Shown one piece after another: positions 1-10,659 of a stretch of 39,568 nt of DNA. Both the position numbers and the translations under genes were made by a program. How positions within the stretch are numbered: the stretch's first letter is position 1; every line of letters begins with the position of its first letter. The stretch covers positions 1 to 39,568 of the forward strand of contig CAMMFK010000003.1 of NCBI GenBank assembly GCA_946496115.1, given 5' to 3'. The notes under the pieces are model-generated. The model was given only the letters and a program-made list of their open reading frames with translations. It did not search any database and was not told where the DNA came from. This DNA is from an uncultured Clostridium sp. Lineage in GTDB: Bacteria > Bacillota > Clostridia > TANB77 > CAG-508.

Positions 1-1639
1 AATCATTTCTAGTAACTGTTTGGCTTGCTAGTTTTGTTTCTCTTTGTGTTTTTGATCTATTTATTTGTGCAAAATCTTCATCTGCTTCACTATTTTGCGA
101 ATCTTTTAAAAAGTTTATTCCTTCATTAACTTTGTGAGAATTAACAATAATTTCACTTTGAAGAGCTTGTCTAAAAATTTTGTTAAGTCTTATATATGGA
201 ATTCTTTTTGAATCTATTAAATCTTTTAAAACAACTCCTGGTCCAACTGATGGAAGTTGGTCTGTGTCTCCTACTAGTACAAGCTTTGTTCCTTTAAATA
301 ATGCTTTTACAACATAATTCATCAAGAATATGTCTACCATTGACATTTCATCTATTATAACTACATCTGCGTCAATTGGTGTTACATCTAAATCTGGGTC
401 AGGCTTTTCGTCTGAAACTTTTCCTATTTCCAATAGTCTATGTAATGTACTTGCCTCTTCTCCAGTTGCCTCTGTCATTCTTTTAGCGGCTCTACCGGTT
501 GGAGCACAAAGTACAACCTTCTTTACTCTTGATTTATATATATCTATAATTGTTTTTATTATAGTCGTTTTACCTGTACCAGGTCCACCGGTTATAATAC
601 ACACATTATTGTCATTAACCATTTTTACTGCTTCTACTTGTTTTTCAGATAATTCTAATGAAGTAGCTTTTTCAGTTTTTTCCAATTCCTTATTAAAGTT
701 TGATATTCTTTTTATATTATCTGCCTGCTCTAATCCTAGAATTCTTTGTGCAATATTTAACTCGGTTTTGTAATAATCAATTAAATAAATCCAAGTTTGT
801 ATGCACAATTCTGTTTTGCCATTTGTGGTAGCTATTTCTTCTCTTTCCTCTATTTTTATTTGTTCTTTTACTCTTAAATCTTTTATTCCATAAATAACAT
901 CATCTTCTGAAACTCGTAAAAGATTGGTTACAAATGTTATTAAATTTGCTTCTAATACACAACTATGTCCATTATATGTAGCTAAGTTAAGTCCATGCCT
1001 GATACCAGCGTCCACTCTCTTTAGGTTGTTTCTTTCCACACCTAAATCTAAAGCCATTTTATCTATTTGTGAAAAATCAACTTTTACGCCAAGTTCGCTT
1101 AAAACATATGGGTCATTTTCAACTGTTGATATTGTATTAGCCCCCAACTTTTTGTAAATTGTATTAGCACTTTGAGGACCTATACCAAACTTTTCTAAAA
1201 ATCCTACTATTTGCCACAACTCCCAATTAGCAACAAAACTTTCATTAATTTCTTCTGCTTTTTTCTTTGTAATACCTTTAATTTCTGTAAGTCTATTTGG
1301 ATCAGCTTTTAATACTTCAACTGTTTCTTCTCCAAACTTTTTTATTATTTTTTTTGCAGTTGCAGGACCAACTCCTTTTACAATACCATTTGACAAATAT
1401 TTTTCTAGAGCATCTAAGGTTTCGGGCATTATTTTTTCAAAAGTTTCAACTTTAAATTGGTCCCCATAATCTGGATGAGTAACAAATTTTCCAATGATTT
1501 TAAGGCTATCACCTTTTTGTACAAAAGGTAAATAGCCTACTATAGTTGTATCAGCTGACTCCATATCAAATGTAGCAATTGTATATCCGTTTGTTTCGTT
1601 TTTATATATTATATCTTGTACAGTTCCTTTAAGCTCCAT
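1..1639 (-). CDS. recD2: ATP-dependent RecD-like DNA helicase (RecD2), 3' end runs off the window
   Basis: Not in the ORF track because there is no stop in the window. Manual translation from ATG at 1639 gives MELKGTVQDIIYKNETNGYTIA..., then KGVGPATA, in-frame Walker A ITGGPGTGKTT near 565-595, and CAPTGRAAK. Confidence 0.93.
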   Translation of the reverse strand, partial: MELKGTVQDIIYKNETNGYTIATFDMESADTTIVGYLPFVQKGDSLKIIGKFVTHPDYGDQFKVETFEKIMPETLDALEKYLSNGIVKGVGPATAKKIIKKFGEETVEVLKADPNRLTEIKGITKKKAEEINESFVANWELWQIVGFLEKFGIGPQSANTIYKKLGANTISTVENDPYVLSELGVKVDFSQIDKMALDLGVERNNLKRVDAGIRHGLNLATYNGHSCVLEANLITFVTNLLRVSEDDVIYGIKDLRVKEQIKIEEREEIATTNGKTELCIQTWIYLIDYYKTELNIAQRILGLEQADNIKRISNFNKELEKTEKATSLELSEKQVEAVKMVNDNNVCIITGGPGTGKTTIIKTIIDIYKSRVKKVVLCAPTGRAAKRMTEATGEEASTLHRLLEIGKVSDEKPDPDLDVTPIDADVVIIDEMSMVDIFLMNYVVKALFKGTKLVLVGDTDQLPSVGPGVVLKDLIDSKRIPYIRLNKIFRQALQSEIIVNSHKVNEGINFLKDSQNSEADEDFAQINRSKTQRETKLASQTVTRND

Positions 1640-1663
1640 TTTTTCCTTTCTTTTCTTTAGGAA

Positions 1664-1695
1664 TTTTACGTTTTGGACGGACCAAAACGTAAAAT
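1664..1695 (+). repeat. 32-bp REP-like motif, here a perfect hairpin
   Basis: TTTTACGTTTTGGACGGACCAAAACGTAAAAT; 14-bp stem (1663-1676/1682-1695) with a 5-nt loop, 3 bp from the cyclophilin stop. Confidence 0.75.
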
Positions 1696-1698
1696 ATT

Positions 1699-2637
1699 TT
1701 AATATCCGTACATTTGAGACATATACCATGAATTTATATCAAATGGTTCTCTTGTTTCTGGCATACCATAATTAATACCATAAGTTTCAACTCTAATACT
1801 TGTTATTACTGGTGGGTTTACTGGTCTATCTTGAGTAAGTTCACTGTTTGAATCTGTTTGTGTTTCTCTTGTTTCTACTTCTACATTAGCAATTTTATCT
1901 ACTACATCCATGCCTTCTGTAACCTTACCAAATGCTGCATATAATCCATCTAGACTATCTGTCGAATCTTCGGTTGTTATGAAGAATTGGCATGATGCTG
2001 AATTATATCCTTCTGTTGCTAAACTAGCACTATAACTACTATAGTCACTTCTTGCCATTGAAATAACTCCTCTTTCATGTTTTAGAGTATTATCATTATT
2101 TCCATTAGCAATGAATTCACCTGTTATTGTGTATTCTTCATCAGAGTCCTGTCCTAAATCTTTTAGAGTAGCATTTCCTGTTCCATCTCCATTAGGATCT
2201 CCACCTTGTATCATGAAATCTGGTATAGTTCTATGAAATGTAAGTCCATCATAAAATCCATTATTAGCTAAAGCTATAAAATTTGCTACTGTTTCTGGTG
2301 CATAATTTGGATAAAGTTCTACTTTTATTGTTCCAAAGTTTTCTACTTCTATTGTAGCAAGCGGATTTTGTACATAAAAGTTTTGCTTTTTTATTATTGT
2401 ATTAGTAACATATGCTATTAATCCTAAAACTAGTATTATTGCTATAATGGTTGCTACAAATTTGATTTTTGTATATTCTCTATTATTTTCAGAAGTTTTA
2501 GCTTTTTCTGACTTTTTATTTGCTTTTTCTAGTTTAGCTTTTGCCTTTGCTTCTTTTTTCTCTGCTTTTGAAATTTTAGTTTTTGCGTTTACTTTCTCTT
2601 CATTTTTTGTTTCATTCTTTTTTGTATCTTTACTCAT
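1699..2637 (-). CDS. Cyclophilin-type peptidyl-prolyl cis-trans isomerase with Lys-rich N-terminus and one TM anchor
   Basis: APETVANF, GFYDGLTFHRTIPDFMIQGGDP, HERGVISMAR, QFFI and YAAFGKV motifs. Confidence 0.93.
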   Translation of the reverse strand: MSKDTKKNETKNEEKVNAKTKISKAEKKEAKAKAKLEKANKKSEKAKTSENNREYTKIKFVATIIAIILVLGLIAYVTNTIIKKQNFYVQNPLATIEVENFGTIKVELYPNYAPETVANFIALANNGFYDGLTFHRTIPDFMIQGGDPNGDGTGNATLKDLGQDSDEEYTITGEFIANGNNDNTLKHERGVISMARSDYSSYSASLATEGYNSASCQFFITTEDSTDSLDGLYAAFGKVTEGMDVVDKIANVEVETRETQTDSNSELTQDRPVNPPVITSIRVETYGINYGMPETREPFDINSWYMSQMYGY

Positions 2638-2743
2638 AATATGTATCCTTCCTTGTCTTTTACATCCTCTTTTAACAAAAGTATTCTATCACAAGAATTT
2701 AGTTTTATCAACTCTTTAAAGTTGAAAAAGAATTAAATTCTTT

Positions 2744-3808
2744 TTACCCAATCAAATTATCAAACAGGAACTGTTCCTGCATTCTTTTTAATGACCTTTT
2801 TATAGTTCTAGCTCTTATTTCTCCAATACCATCAACAGCATCTAATTCTTCAATATTTGCTTGTAATAAATTTTGAAAAGATTTAAACTTTTTAACTAAA
2901 TTATCCACTATATTACTTGGCATTCTTGGAATTTTACTAAGTATTCTATATCCTCTTGTATATACACTAACTTCATCATAACTGTCTTGAGCTGTAAATC
3001 CAAGTGCTTTAGCAATATTTGTTGAAATCATAAGTTCTTCATGTGTCATATTTTGTATTTTTTCTAATGCTTTATCTGCATTTTTGCCTTTAACATAGTC
3101 TTTTATAATTAGCCCAACTTCTTCATTTATGCCGTCTGTTAATTCTTCTAATTGCATTTCTATTAGTCTTCCATCAGTACCAAGCTCATAGATTGCTCTT
3201 TCAACTTCATCAACCACTTGCATAAGCATTCCTGCTCTTTGCAATGTTTCTATAACAATTTGAAGTGTAACAATATCATTAAATTCATATTCATTAAGTA
3301 AGTTAAGCCTATTGTCCAATACTTTTTTATATTTTTCAACTGTTTGAAGAGCTTGATTTGCTTCTGATGCTACTCTTGATGTGTCTTCTAATACATAACG
3401 ATTGTTTCCTTGATAAATTGTTATTATTCCTCTTCTTTGAGAAATACTAATTACAATATTTCCTGTTTGTTTTGCAACACGTTCAGCTGTTCTATGCCTT
3501 GTACCTGTTTCTTGAGTAGGAATTGATTGTGGAGGAACTAATTGAGTATTGGCAAATAATATTTTTTTCAAATCTGAACTTAGTATAATTGCTCCATCCA
3601 TTTTGGCTAATTCGTAAAGTCTTGCAGATGTGTAATCAACATCAATATTGAATCCACCATCAACTAAATCCATTACTTCTTTGTTTTCGCCAATTACTAT
3701 TAATGCACCAGTTTTGGCTTTTAATATATTTTCTAGACCTTCTCTAATAGGTGTACCCGGTGCTATAAGTTTTAAAATGTTAATAAAATCATTTTCTTTA
3801 ATTGCCAT
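2744..3808 (-). CDS. disA: DNA integrity scanning diadenylate cyclase DisA
   Basis: APGTPIREG, ELAKMDGA, ETGTRHRTAER, C-terminal HhH motif VDGIGE; lies downstream of radA. Confidence 0.96.
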   Translation of the reverse strand: MAIKENDFINILKLIAPGTPIREGLENILKAKTGALIVIGENKEVMDLVDGGFNIDVDYTSARLYELAKMDGAIILSSDLKKILFANTQLVPPQSIPTQETGTRHRTAERVAKQTGNIVISISQRRGIITIYQGNNRYVLEDTSRVASEANQALQTVEKYKKVLDNRLNLLNEYEFNDIVTLQIVIETLQRAGMLMQVVDEVERAIYELGTDGRLIEMQLEELTDGINEEVGLIIKDYVKGKNADKALEKIQNMTHEELMISTNIAKALGFTAQDSYDEVSVYTRGYRILSKIPRMPSNIVDNLVKKFKSFQNLLQANIEELDAVDGIGEIRARTIKRSLKRMQEQFLFDNLIG

Positions 3809-3822
3809 TTTGCAAGCCTTCC

Positions 3823-5190
3823 TTATTTTATCTCAACTGCTCTTAAAGCATCATTAATATTTCTAACACCTATTATATCTAAATTATACTTATTTTTCAA
3901 TAGTTTTTTGTTATTTTCTGGTATTATGCACCTTTTAAATCCTAGTCTTTCTATTTCTTTTAATCTTTTATCTATTAAATTTACACTCCTTATTTCTCCA
4001 GTAAGTCCAACTTCTCCAATAACAGCTATATCTTTAGGTATACTAATGTTCTTAAAGCTTGATGCTACAACTAATGCAATGCCTAAATCTGCCGCCGGTT
4101 CATTTATTCTCATTCCACTCACAACATTTAAGTAAACATCTTGGTTACCGAGCGCTAGGTTTGCCCTTTTTTCTAACACTGCTATTAATAATGCCAGTTT
4201 ATTAAAATCCACGCCATTTGCAGTCCTTTTAGGTATACCATAAACACTCATTGTAGTTAGTGCTTGTACTTCTACTAAAAGTGGTCTTGTACCTTCTATT
4301 GTACATATTATAACTGAACCAGAATATTTGTCTTCTCCCTCTGAAATAAGTATTGATGAAGGATTTGTTACTTCTATCATTCCTTCGTTTTGCATTTCAA
4401 ACATGCCTACTTCATTAGTAGAACCAAATCTATTTTTTACGCTTCTAACAATTCTGTATGAAAAATATCTTTCACCTTCTATGTATAAAACCGTATCAAC
4501 CATATGTTCCAAAACTCTTGGTCCTGCTATATTTCCATCTTTAGTTACGTGTCCAATTATAATTGTAGTTATTTGATTTTGTTTACAAACTCTCATTATT
4601 CTTGAAGTTATTTCTCTTACTTGGCTTACAGTTCCCGGAGCTGAGGTTATTTCTGAAGAATACATTGTTTGAATAGAGTCTATTACTACAAGTTTTGGAT
4701 CCATAGATGTAATTTCTGTATCTATTGCATCAATATCAGTTTCACCCAAAAACATAATATTATCACTATTTATGCCCAATCTATCTGCTCTTAGTTTAAC
4801 CTGTTCTGCTGACTCTTCTCCTGAAACGTATAAAACTTTTGAATCTTCACCTAAGCAAGCTATTTTATTACATAATTGTAAAATTAGTGTAGATTTACCA
4901 ATACCAGGTTCGCCACCAACCAAGACTAAAGAGCCTTTGACTAAACCTCCTCCTAAAACTCTGTCTAGTTCTTGGTACCCAGTTTGAACTCTTATAGCTT
5001 CTTTGCCTTCTACATTTTTAAGCAAAGTTGGTTTTGCTGCTGTTTTTTGCTTTCCATCTGTTCCTACTACTTTTTGCTCTTTTTCTTCATAAAATGTATT
5101 CCACTCATTACAGGCTGGACATTTGCCCAGCCATTTTGGTGATTCATATCCACATGAGCTACAAACAAAAATTGTCTTTGCTTTCGCCAT
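3823..5190 (-). CDS. radA: DNA repair protein RadA/Sms
   Basis: Zn finger CSSCG...CPAC, GEPGIGKST, KNRFG, Lon-like C-terminus. Start placed at ATG 5190 from the spacing of the AAGGA RBS. Confidence 0.97.
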   Translation of the reverse strand: MAKAKTIFVCSSCGYESPKWLGKCPACNEWNTFYEEKEQKVVGTDGKQKTAAKPTLLKNVEGKEAIRVQTGYQELDRVLGGGLVKGSLVLVGGEPGIGKSTLILQLCNKIACLGEDSKVLYVSGEESAEQVKLRADRLGINSDNIMFLGETDIDAIDTEITSMDPKLVVIDSIQTMYSSEITSAPGTVSQVREITSRIMRVCKQNQITTIIIGHVTKDGNIAGPRVLEHMVDTVLYIEGERYFSYRIVRSVKNRFGSTNEVGMFEMQNEGMIEVTNPSSILISEGEDKYSGSVIICTIEGTRPLLVEVQALTTMSVYGIPKRTANGVDFNKLALLIAVLEKRANLALGNQDVYLNVVSGMRINEPAADLGIALVVASSFKNISIPKDIAVIGEVGLTGEIRSVNLIDKRLKEIERLGFKRCIIPENNKKLLKNKYNLDIIGVRNINDALRAVEIK

Positions 5191-5206
5191 TTTCAACATC
5201 CTTTCT

Positions 5207-5455
5207 TTTTACGATGGGGACGGTCCTTTTTGTAAAATATTTTCTAACAAAGCCACAATATACATTCTTTCCTATTTTACTTCGCGGTTCGTTCGCAAAA
5301 TGCTCACTCAGCGCTCGCACGTTCTCACTTCGCTACAGAGAACAAGACACAATTGAGTATTTTGCTGTCCGCTCCATTTCACTAAAATGGAAAGAAGTAT
5401 ATTGTGTGCTTTAAATATATATTATTTTATAAAAAGGACCGTCCCCATCGTAAAA
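5207..5455. repeat. Composite palindromic element A: inverted pair of the 32-bp motif enclosing a CAATATA...TATATTG GC-rich element
   Basis: Perfect 25-bp inverted repeat TTTTACGATGGGGACGGTCCTTTTT (5207-5231/5431-5455). Inner IR CACAATATACATTCTTTCC / GGAAAGAAGTATATTGTG spans 5254-5406. Confidence 0.85.
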
Positions 5456-7438
5456 TTAGTATTCCTTATTTCCATTTTTCAAAAATACAAGCAATTCTAT
5501 AAATACTGCATGTGACCAAGCAAGACCAATAACCCATTTTTCATTCAAATCACTATTTGATTGTTCTGCTAAGAATCCTTGTGGGGTAGCGCTTTGTACT
5601 ATAAAGTTCAAGCATTCATTTGCTTTTTTATCATCACCAGCAGCATGGAAATATAGTCCCATCCAGCCTGTTGCAATTATCCAAGGATTATTACCGCCAA
5701 GATATCCATCTCCTTGGTATCTTAAATAACCACCTGAATATGTTCTTAATGTCATATTTATTTGGTCTACTGTGTTTTGTACAAATTTATCCTTTAAATC
5801 AAAAACTCTATATGGAAAGATAGATGCTATAACACTTATATCTACGAGTCTATCTATTGTATTTCTTAGCAATACATTCATTTTTTTATCTACTAAATTA
5901 TCTAAAATGTACTTTTTTGTATCTCTTTTATATTCTTCTAATTTCTTTTTGCATTTTAAGATGTCGTCTTGTTTTAATCTGTTCTTGTCAAACAAATCAT
6001 ATACTTCATCATAAGTTTTTATCATTGAGTCAAATGCTGAATATATTGCAGATAATGAATATAAATGTATTCCTTCTGTATTTTCCCATAAGTCATAGCT
6101 TGGATGTTTGTATATTTCGTCTCTTTCTTTATAGTTGTAATCTTTTTCTAGTTCCATTCTAACTTTATCTTCTGTTTCTTCTTTACCTAAAATATAGTCC
6201 ATATATTTTTCAAGGAATTTTGCCCCCTTTTCTAGCATTTTTAAATTATCTTTTAAAAATTTAGTATCTTTCTTTCCCGTCTTTCTTGCCATAACTAGAA
6301 AATGTCTATATGCACCATAAACTACTGTTGCTGTTTCATCTATTTGGTATCCCCAGCAAGGCGCTAGTCTTCCATCTGTATAAAATCTTTGCTCCCACAT
6401 TCCATTTTTTTCTTGTGTTTTTCTTAAAAAGTTTTCATACAACTTTTTGGACATGTTTTCAAATCCTATAAAATCTAAAGCTTTATATACTAATACAGAA
6501 TCTCTAGGCCAGCAATATGCATATCTTCCTGATTTATCTCTTTCTTCATCAACTTCAACAGAAGCAGAAATTCCACCAGTTCTTTCATTTATTAATAATG
6601 CCATAAGTAAAATAGTTCTTTTATATATTTGAATTATTTTATTCATATAATCAGATCCATCTGGCTTTAGATTTAATGTATCATGTTCTTCAACATATTT
6701 TTTCCAATGTTTTATTACCTTGTTTATTTCTTTATTTACATCTATTCTTCTAACTTTTTCTATTTGTTCTTGTATTTCAGTTAGGCTATCATCCCCTGAT
6801 GAAATATATATGTACATGTAAAACTCTCTTGTTTCGCCTGGTTTAATTACACCTAAATCATAACTTATTGCACTGTCAGCACTCATACCAATGTAATCTT
6901 TATCATAAATATTTCCTGATTTGATATTACTATCTACATTATTTAACTGATGACTATATAATTTCTCTTTAGAAAAAGTTGCACAAGTATAATTGTGGCT
7001 GTATTGTATTAAGGCATTATCTGAAATCATACCACCAGCAGTATTGTTATATGATGAAAATACTTTCGAATGTACTAGAAATTTTAAGTCTAAATCTATG
7101 GTATTGTCATTTTTAAAAACATATTTTTTTAGTAAAATATCTTGGCTTATCATTGCACAATCTATTTGCTTTACTTTTAGGTTAAAGTAAGTATTTTCAA
7201 TATCAGTAACTAATACATTTGTATTATCTTCATAGTGTTGATCATATCTGTTATTTACGTCATTATGTAAATATATGATATTAGAATCATTTATTTTTAC
7301 TCCAATATGATAAAAATCTGAATATTGCATATAGTCTGGAGAAGGATAATATAATCTTAGTAATTCTCCATATTTGCTAAATGTAGCAATTAAATCTTTG
7401 TTACCTATAAATGCATCATTGTAATACTTTTTCTTCAT
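5456..7438 (-). CDS. Glycoside hydrolase family 15 (glucoamylase-like) protein
   Basis: YAYCWPRDS, WGYQIDET, YDLWE, GGYLRY, NPWII, LAEQ and LAWSHA motifs. Confidence 0.88.
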   Translation of the reverse strand: MKKKYYNDAFIGNKDLIATFSKYGELLRLYYPSPDYMQYSDFYHIGVKINDSNIIYLHNDVNNRYDQHYEDNTNVLVTDIENTYFNLKVKQIDCAMISQDILLKKYVFKNDNTIDLDLKFLVHSKVFSSYNNTAGGMISDNALIQYSHNYTCATFSKEKLYSHQLNNVDSNIKSGNIYDKDYIGMSADSAISYDLGVIKPGETREFYMYIYISSGDDSLTEIQEQIEKVRRIDVNKEINKVIKHWKKYVEEHDTLNLKPDGSDYMNKIIQIYKRTILLMALLINERTGGISASVEVDEERDKSGRYAYCWPRDSVLVYKALDFIGFENMSKKLYENFLRKTQEKNGMWEQRFYTDGRLAPCWGYQIDETATVVYGAYRHFLVMARKTGKKDTKFLKDNLKMLEKGAKFLEKYMDYILGKEETEDKVRMELEKDYNYKERDEIYKHPSYDLWENTEGIHLYSLSAIYSAFDSMIKTYDEVYDLFDKNRLKQDDILKCKKKLEEYKRDTKKYILDNLVDKKMNVLLRNTIDRLVDISVIASIFPYRVFDLKDKFVQNTVDQINMTLRTYSGGYLRYQGDGYLGGNNPWIIATGWMGLYFHAAGDDKKANECLNFIVQSATPQGFLAEQSNSDLNEKWVIGLAWSHAVFIELLVFLKNGNKEY

Positions 7439-7455
7439 TTGAATTTACTCCTTTT

Positions 7456-9111
7456 TTATTTATTTTGCATAATCTCAATAATTTGTTTTCTTAAATCGTT
7501 TACTCTGTTATTCAATTTTACCATATCGTCATCATAATTAGAAGATAATCTAATATTTTCTTTTAAATTATGCTTCATTTCTTCTATTTCGCTTTCCAAA
7601 GCATCCATTTTATCTAATATATCAATTCTTTGTTTTTGTTTATTAGCAGGATTTACACAATGTTGACATTTTTCTAATGTGCTGTCTAAACTATATGTTT
7701 CTCCGTATTTAGGTATTGTTACTCCTATATTTGTTGTTTCTTCTATTTTTTGCTTTAATACATCTTGTGAATGTGGCTCACCATGTACTAAAAATATGTG
7801 TTCTGGCATTTTACTTGTAAATGAATATACAAAGTTTAGTAGCCATTCTTGGTCTGCATGTCCAGAATATCCTTCTATATATTCAATTCTGGCCTTTACA
7901 GCAAATTCCTCACCAAGTATTTTTACCTTTTTTTCACCATCAACTATTCTTCTTCCTAGTGTTCCGGGAGCTTGATATCCAACAAAAAGTATAGTACTTT
8001 TTGGGTTCCATATATTGTGTTTTAAATGATGTTTTATTCTGCCTACATCACACATACCACTTGCAGAAATAATTATACATGGCTCGTCTGATTCATTTAA
8101 AGCTTTTGATTCTTCTACAGTTTGTGTAAATGTTAGTCCAGGAAAATCTAGTGGATTATCTCCTCTTTTAATAAATTCCTGTATTTCAGGTTTGAACAAA
8201 TCCATATTTGCTCTAAATACTTCTGTTGCAGATGTAGCAAGTGGGCTATCTACATAAACTTTTGCTTTCATAAGTGTATCATACTCTTTTGCAAAAGCCT
8301 CATCATTTTTTCTTAAGTCCTTTATTTTATCTAGTTCAAACAATATTTCTTGAGTTCTACCTACTGCAAATGATGGAATTACAACTGTTCCGCCATTTTC
8401 TAAAGTTTCTGAAACTATATCCAAAAACATAGAAGCTTTTTGATCATTTTTTAGATGTAATCTATCTCCATAAGTTGATTCCATTATTAAATAATCTGCA
8501 TTTTCAATCATTGTTGGGCTTGAAAGTAAAGGTATATCATTATTCCCTATATCTCCACTAAACACAAGCTTTTTAGTTTCTCCATTTTCTGTAATCCATA
8601 TTTCAATTATGCTTGAGCCAAGCATATGACCAGCATCATTAAATCTTACTGAAATATTATCATCTATTTTAATAATCTCATCATATTTTACAGGTATAAA
8701 TAGCTCCATTGAACTTTCTGCATCTTCTACTGTGTAAAGTGGTTCTATTGGCTTTTGACCATTTCTTTTCCTCTTTTTATTTTTTATTTCATTTTCTGAT
8801 TCTTGTATATGACCACTATCTGGAAGCATTATAGAGCATAAATCTCTACTTGCTTTTGTTGCATATATTGGCTTTCTATATCCTTCTTTATAAAGTTTTG
8901 GTATTCTTCCTGAATGGTCTATGTGTGCATGAGTTAAAAGCATAAAATCTATTGTATTTATATCATAATCAAAAGGTTCATCATTTAAAATTTCCTCTTC
9001 ATATTTACCTTGATGTAACCCACAATCTACTAAAAATCTTTTTCCTGCACCTTCTACTAAAAAGTTTGATCCAGTAACAGTTTCTGTTGCTCCTAAAAAA
9101 GTAACTTTCAT
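7456..9111 (-). CDS. MBL-fold beta-CASP metallo-hydrolase (RNA-processing nuclease family)
   Basis: VTGS...LVDCG, THAHIDH, AGHMLGS, FSGD, ESTYG, AVGRTQE, SASGM, SGHAD, LVHGE. Confidence 0.92.
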   Translation of the reverse strand: MKVTFLGATETVTGSNFLVEGAGKRFLVDCGLHQGKYEEEILNDEPFDYDINTIDFMLLTHAHIDHSGRIPKLYKEGYRKPIYATKASRDLCSIMLPDSGHIQESENEIKNKKRKRNGQKPIEPLYTVEDAESSMELFIPVKYDEIIKIDDNISVRFNDAGHMLGSSIIEIWITENGETKKLVFSGDIGNNDIPLLSSPTMIENADYLIMESTYGDRLHLKNDQKASMFLDIVSETLENGGTVVIPSFAVGRTQEILFELDKIKDLRKNDEAFAKEYDTLMKAKVYVDSPLATSATEVFRANMDLFKPEIQEFIKRGDNPLDFPGLTFTQTVEESKALNESDEPCIIISASGMCDVGRIKHHLKHNIWNPKSTILFVGYQAPGTLGRRIVDGEKKVKILGEEFAVKARIEYIEGYSGHADQEWLLNFVYSFTSKMPEHIFLVHGEPHSQDVLKQKIEETTNIGVTIPKYGETYSLDSTLEKCQHCVNPANKQKQRIDILDKMDALESEIEEMKHNLKENIRLSSNYDDDMVKLNNRVNDLRKQIIEIMQNK

Positions 9112-9120
9112 AACTTCCTC

Positions 9121-10614
9121 CTAGTCAAAAATCTTGACTTTTTTTGTTTTTCTCAAATGTATGTTGCTTCCTTGTGGAAGTTTCACTTCATTTGTACTAT
9201 CTAAAATATCTCCATCATATATTTCAGAAATTAGCTTGCCATCTTGTACATTTAGTTTAACTTGCAATACTTCTATTGCAATATTTCTTGTTTCAAATAA
9301 ACTTTTTAGCAATAGGTAATCTGTTTTTGCATTATTTGAAATTGGTGTTATTATATTTTTCTCAATGCATTTTTTTATTGTATTTTGTTCTAAGTCAGAA
9401 AAGTCTATTATATTTTTCATGAATTTATTTTTGCTTACTGGTAAATATTTTAAATATCTAATTTTGTAAATATAGTCTATTAATCTATCTTTTTCGTTCA
9501 AATCATCTAAAAGTTTACTAAACTCTTTAAAAAATACCTTCTGCAAATCTTCAATTTTTAAAGTATTTACTTCTTCTGCAAATTTTATCCTATTTTCTAT
9601 TTCTTGTTTAATTTTGACAAATTCTATAGGATTTTGAAGTTTGTTATATTCTTCTATTTCATTTAAAATCCTCTGTCTTTTATTTTGTATCATTTCTTCA
9701 TAATGACTAACACTAAATATTTTTTGCTCATTTGGCAGATCTTTATTATGATTAATGTATGCATCTCTTAATTCTTTAGGATTGTTAAGCTCTTCATCTA
9801 TTTCTTTTATTTTACCAAGTAAATCTTTCTTTATTTTAGTTATGTTTTCAACATACTCTGTTCCAGCTTCCATTTCTTTAAGTTTTGCTTTGTCATTTTT
9901 CAAATTATTTGATGCAATCTCAGCTTGTTTTTCATCATATTCTAAATAAAACTTTGTTGCTATTTTTTGCATTTCTTCTAACAATTCACTTGGAACAACA
10001 TTATTTATTTTTTCTATATTACTTGATTTCAAGTTATTTACGTATTTTTCACCTAATAAAAATATTAAATCTGTATATAAAGCATTACATTCTAAACTTT
10101 CTATTTCGTTTACTATTTGTGACCAAGAAAATCCATTAAAATCTCGTATTACTTCTGAACTTGATATGCATTTTCCTATTTGCACCGCTCCTAGCATAGA
10201 CTTATCTTTTAAGCTCAAATTAGAATTGATTTTGTCTAAACCAGCTTTTATTATGCTATATAATACTACTTTTTCATTTGGGAAAAATATGACTTTTTGT
10301 TCATTATTATATTTATTATTTGGCTCTTCTTCTACTATTTTGCATCTTGACTTAGTTAATTCTTTTTCTAATTCTGAATTTGGTTTTGCTATTTCTATTT
10401 CCTTGCAATATTTTTCTACTATTTCTATTATGTTTTCTAAAAAATCTTCTTTTAAAGGTACTTCTCTTTTTACAGTTTTATAGTCATTATATGCTCCATC
10501 TATTTTATAAAACATACTAAGCAAAAGGTTTTGAGCTTCTTTATCAAACCTTTTGCTTTCACATATTTCTTCTAATTCTTCACTATAATCTTTTTGTAAA
10601 AGTTTAGACTTCAC
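9121..10614 (-). CDS. Hypothetical protein, 497 aa, coiled-coil rich
   Basis: Long ORF with GTG start and AAGGAG RBS, 9 bp from the next gene; no motif recognised. Confidence 0.8.
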   Translation of the reverse strand: MKSKLLQKDYSEELEEICESKRFDKEAQNLLLSMFYKIDGAYNDYKTVKREVPLKEDFLENIIEIVEKYCKEIEIAKPNSELEKELTKSRCKIVEEEPNNKYNNEQKVIFFPNEKVVLYSIIKAGLDKINSNLSLKDKSMLGAVQIGKCISSSEVIRDFNGFSWSQIVNEIESLECNALYTDLIFLLGEKYVNNLKSSNIEKINNVVPSELLEEMQKIATKFYLEYDEKQAEIASNNLKNDKAKLKEMEAGTEYVENITKIKKDLLGKIKEIDEELNNPKELRDAYINHNKDLPNEQKIFSVSHYEEMIQNKRQRILNEIEEYNKLQNPIEFVKIKQEIENRIKFAEEVNTLKIEDLQKVFFKEFSKLLDDLNEKDRLIDYIYKIRYLKYLPVSKNKFMKNIIDFSDLEQNTIKKCIEKNIITPISNNAKTDYLLLKSLFETRNIAIEVLQVKLNVQDGKLISEIYDGDILDSTNEVKLPQGSNIHLRKTKKVKIFD

Positions 10615-10659
10615 TTGGGTTCTCCTTTGTAGTTTTTTATTATATCAAAAGTATTCGAT

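Noticed and set aside
2744-3808. Possible reassignment or frameshifting at AGG codons
   Set aside because: In-frame AGG encodes a conserved Arg in disA (TGTRHR) with no frame break.
5028-5414. ORFs overlapping the repeat elements (5028-5414, 5123-5356, 23203-23385, 26328-26621)
   Set aside because: They stay open because the repeats are stop-poor; no shared peptide across copies and no RBS.
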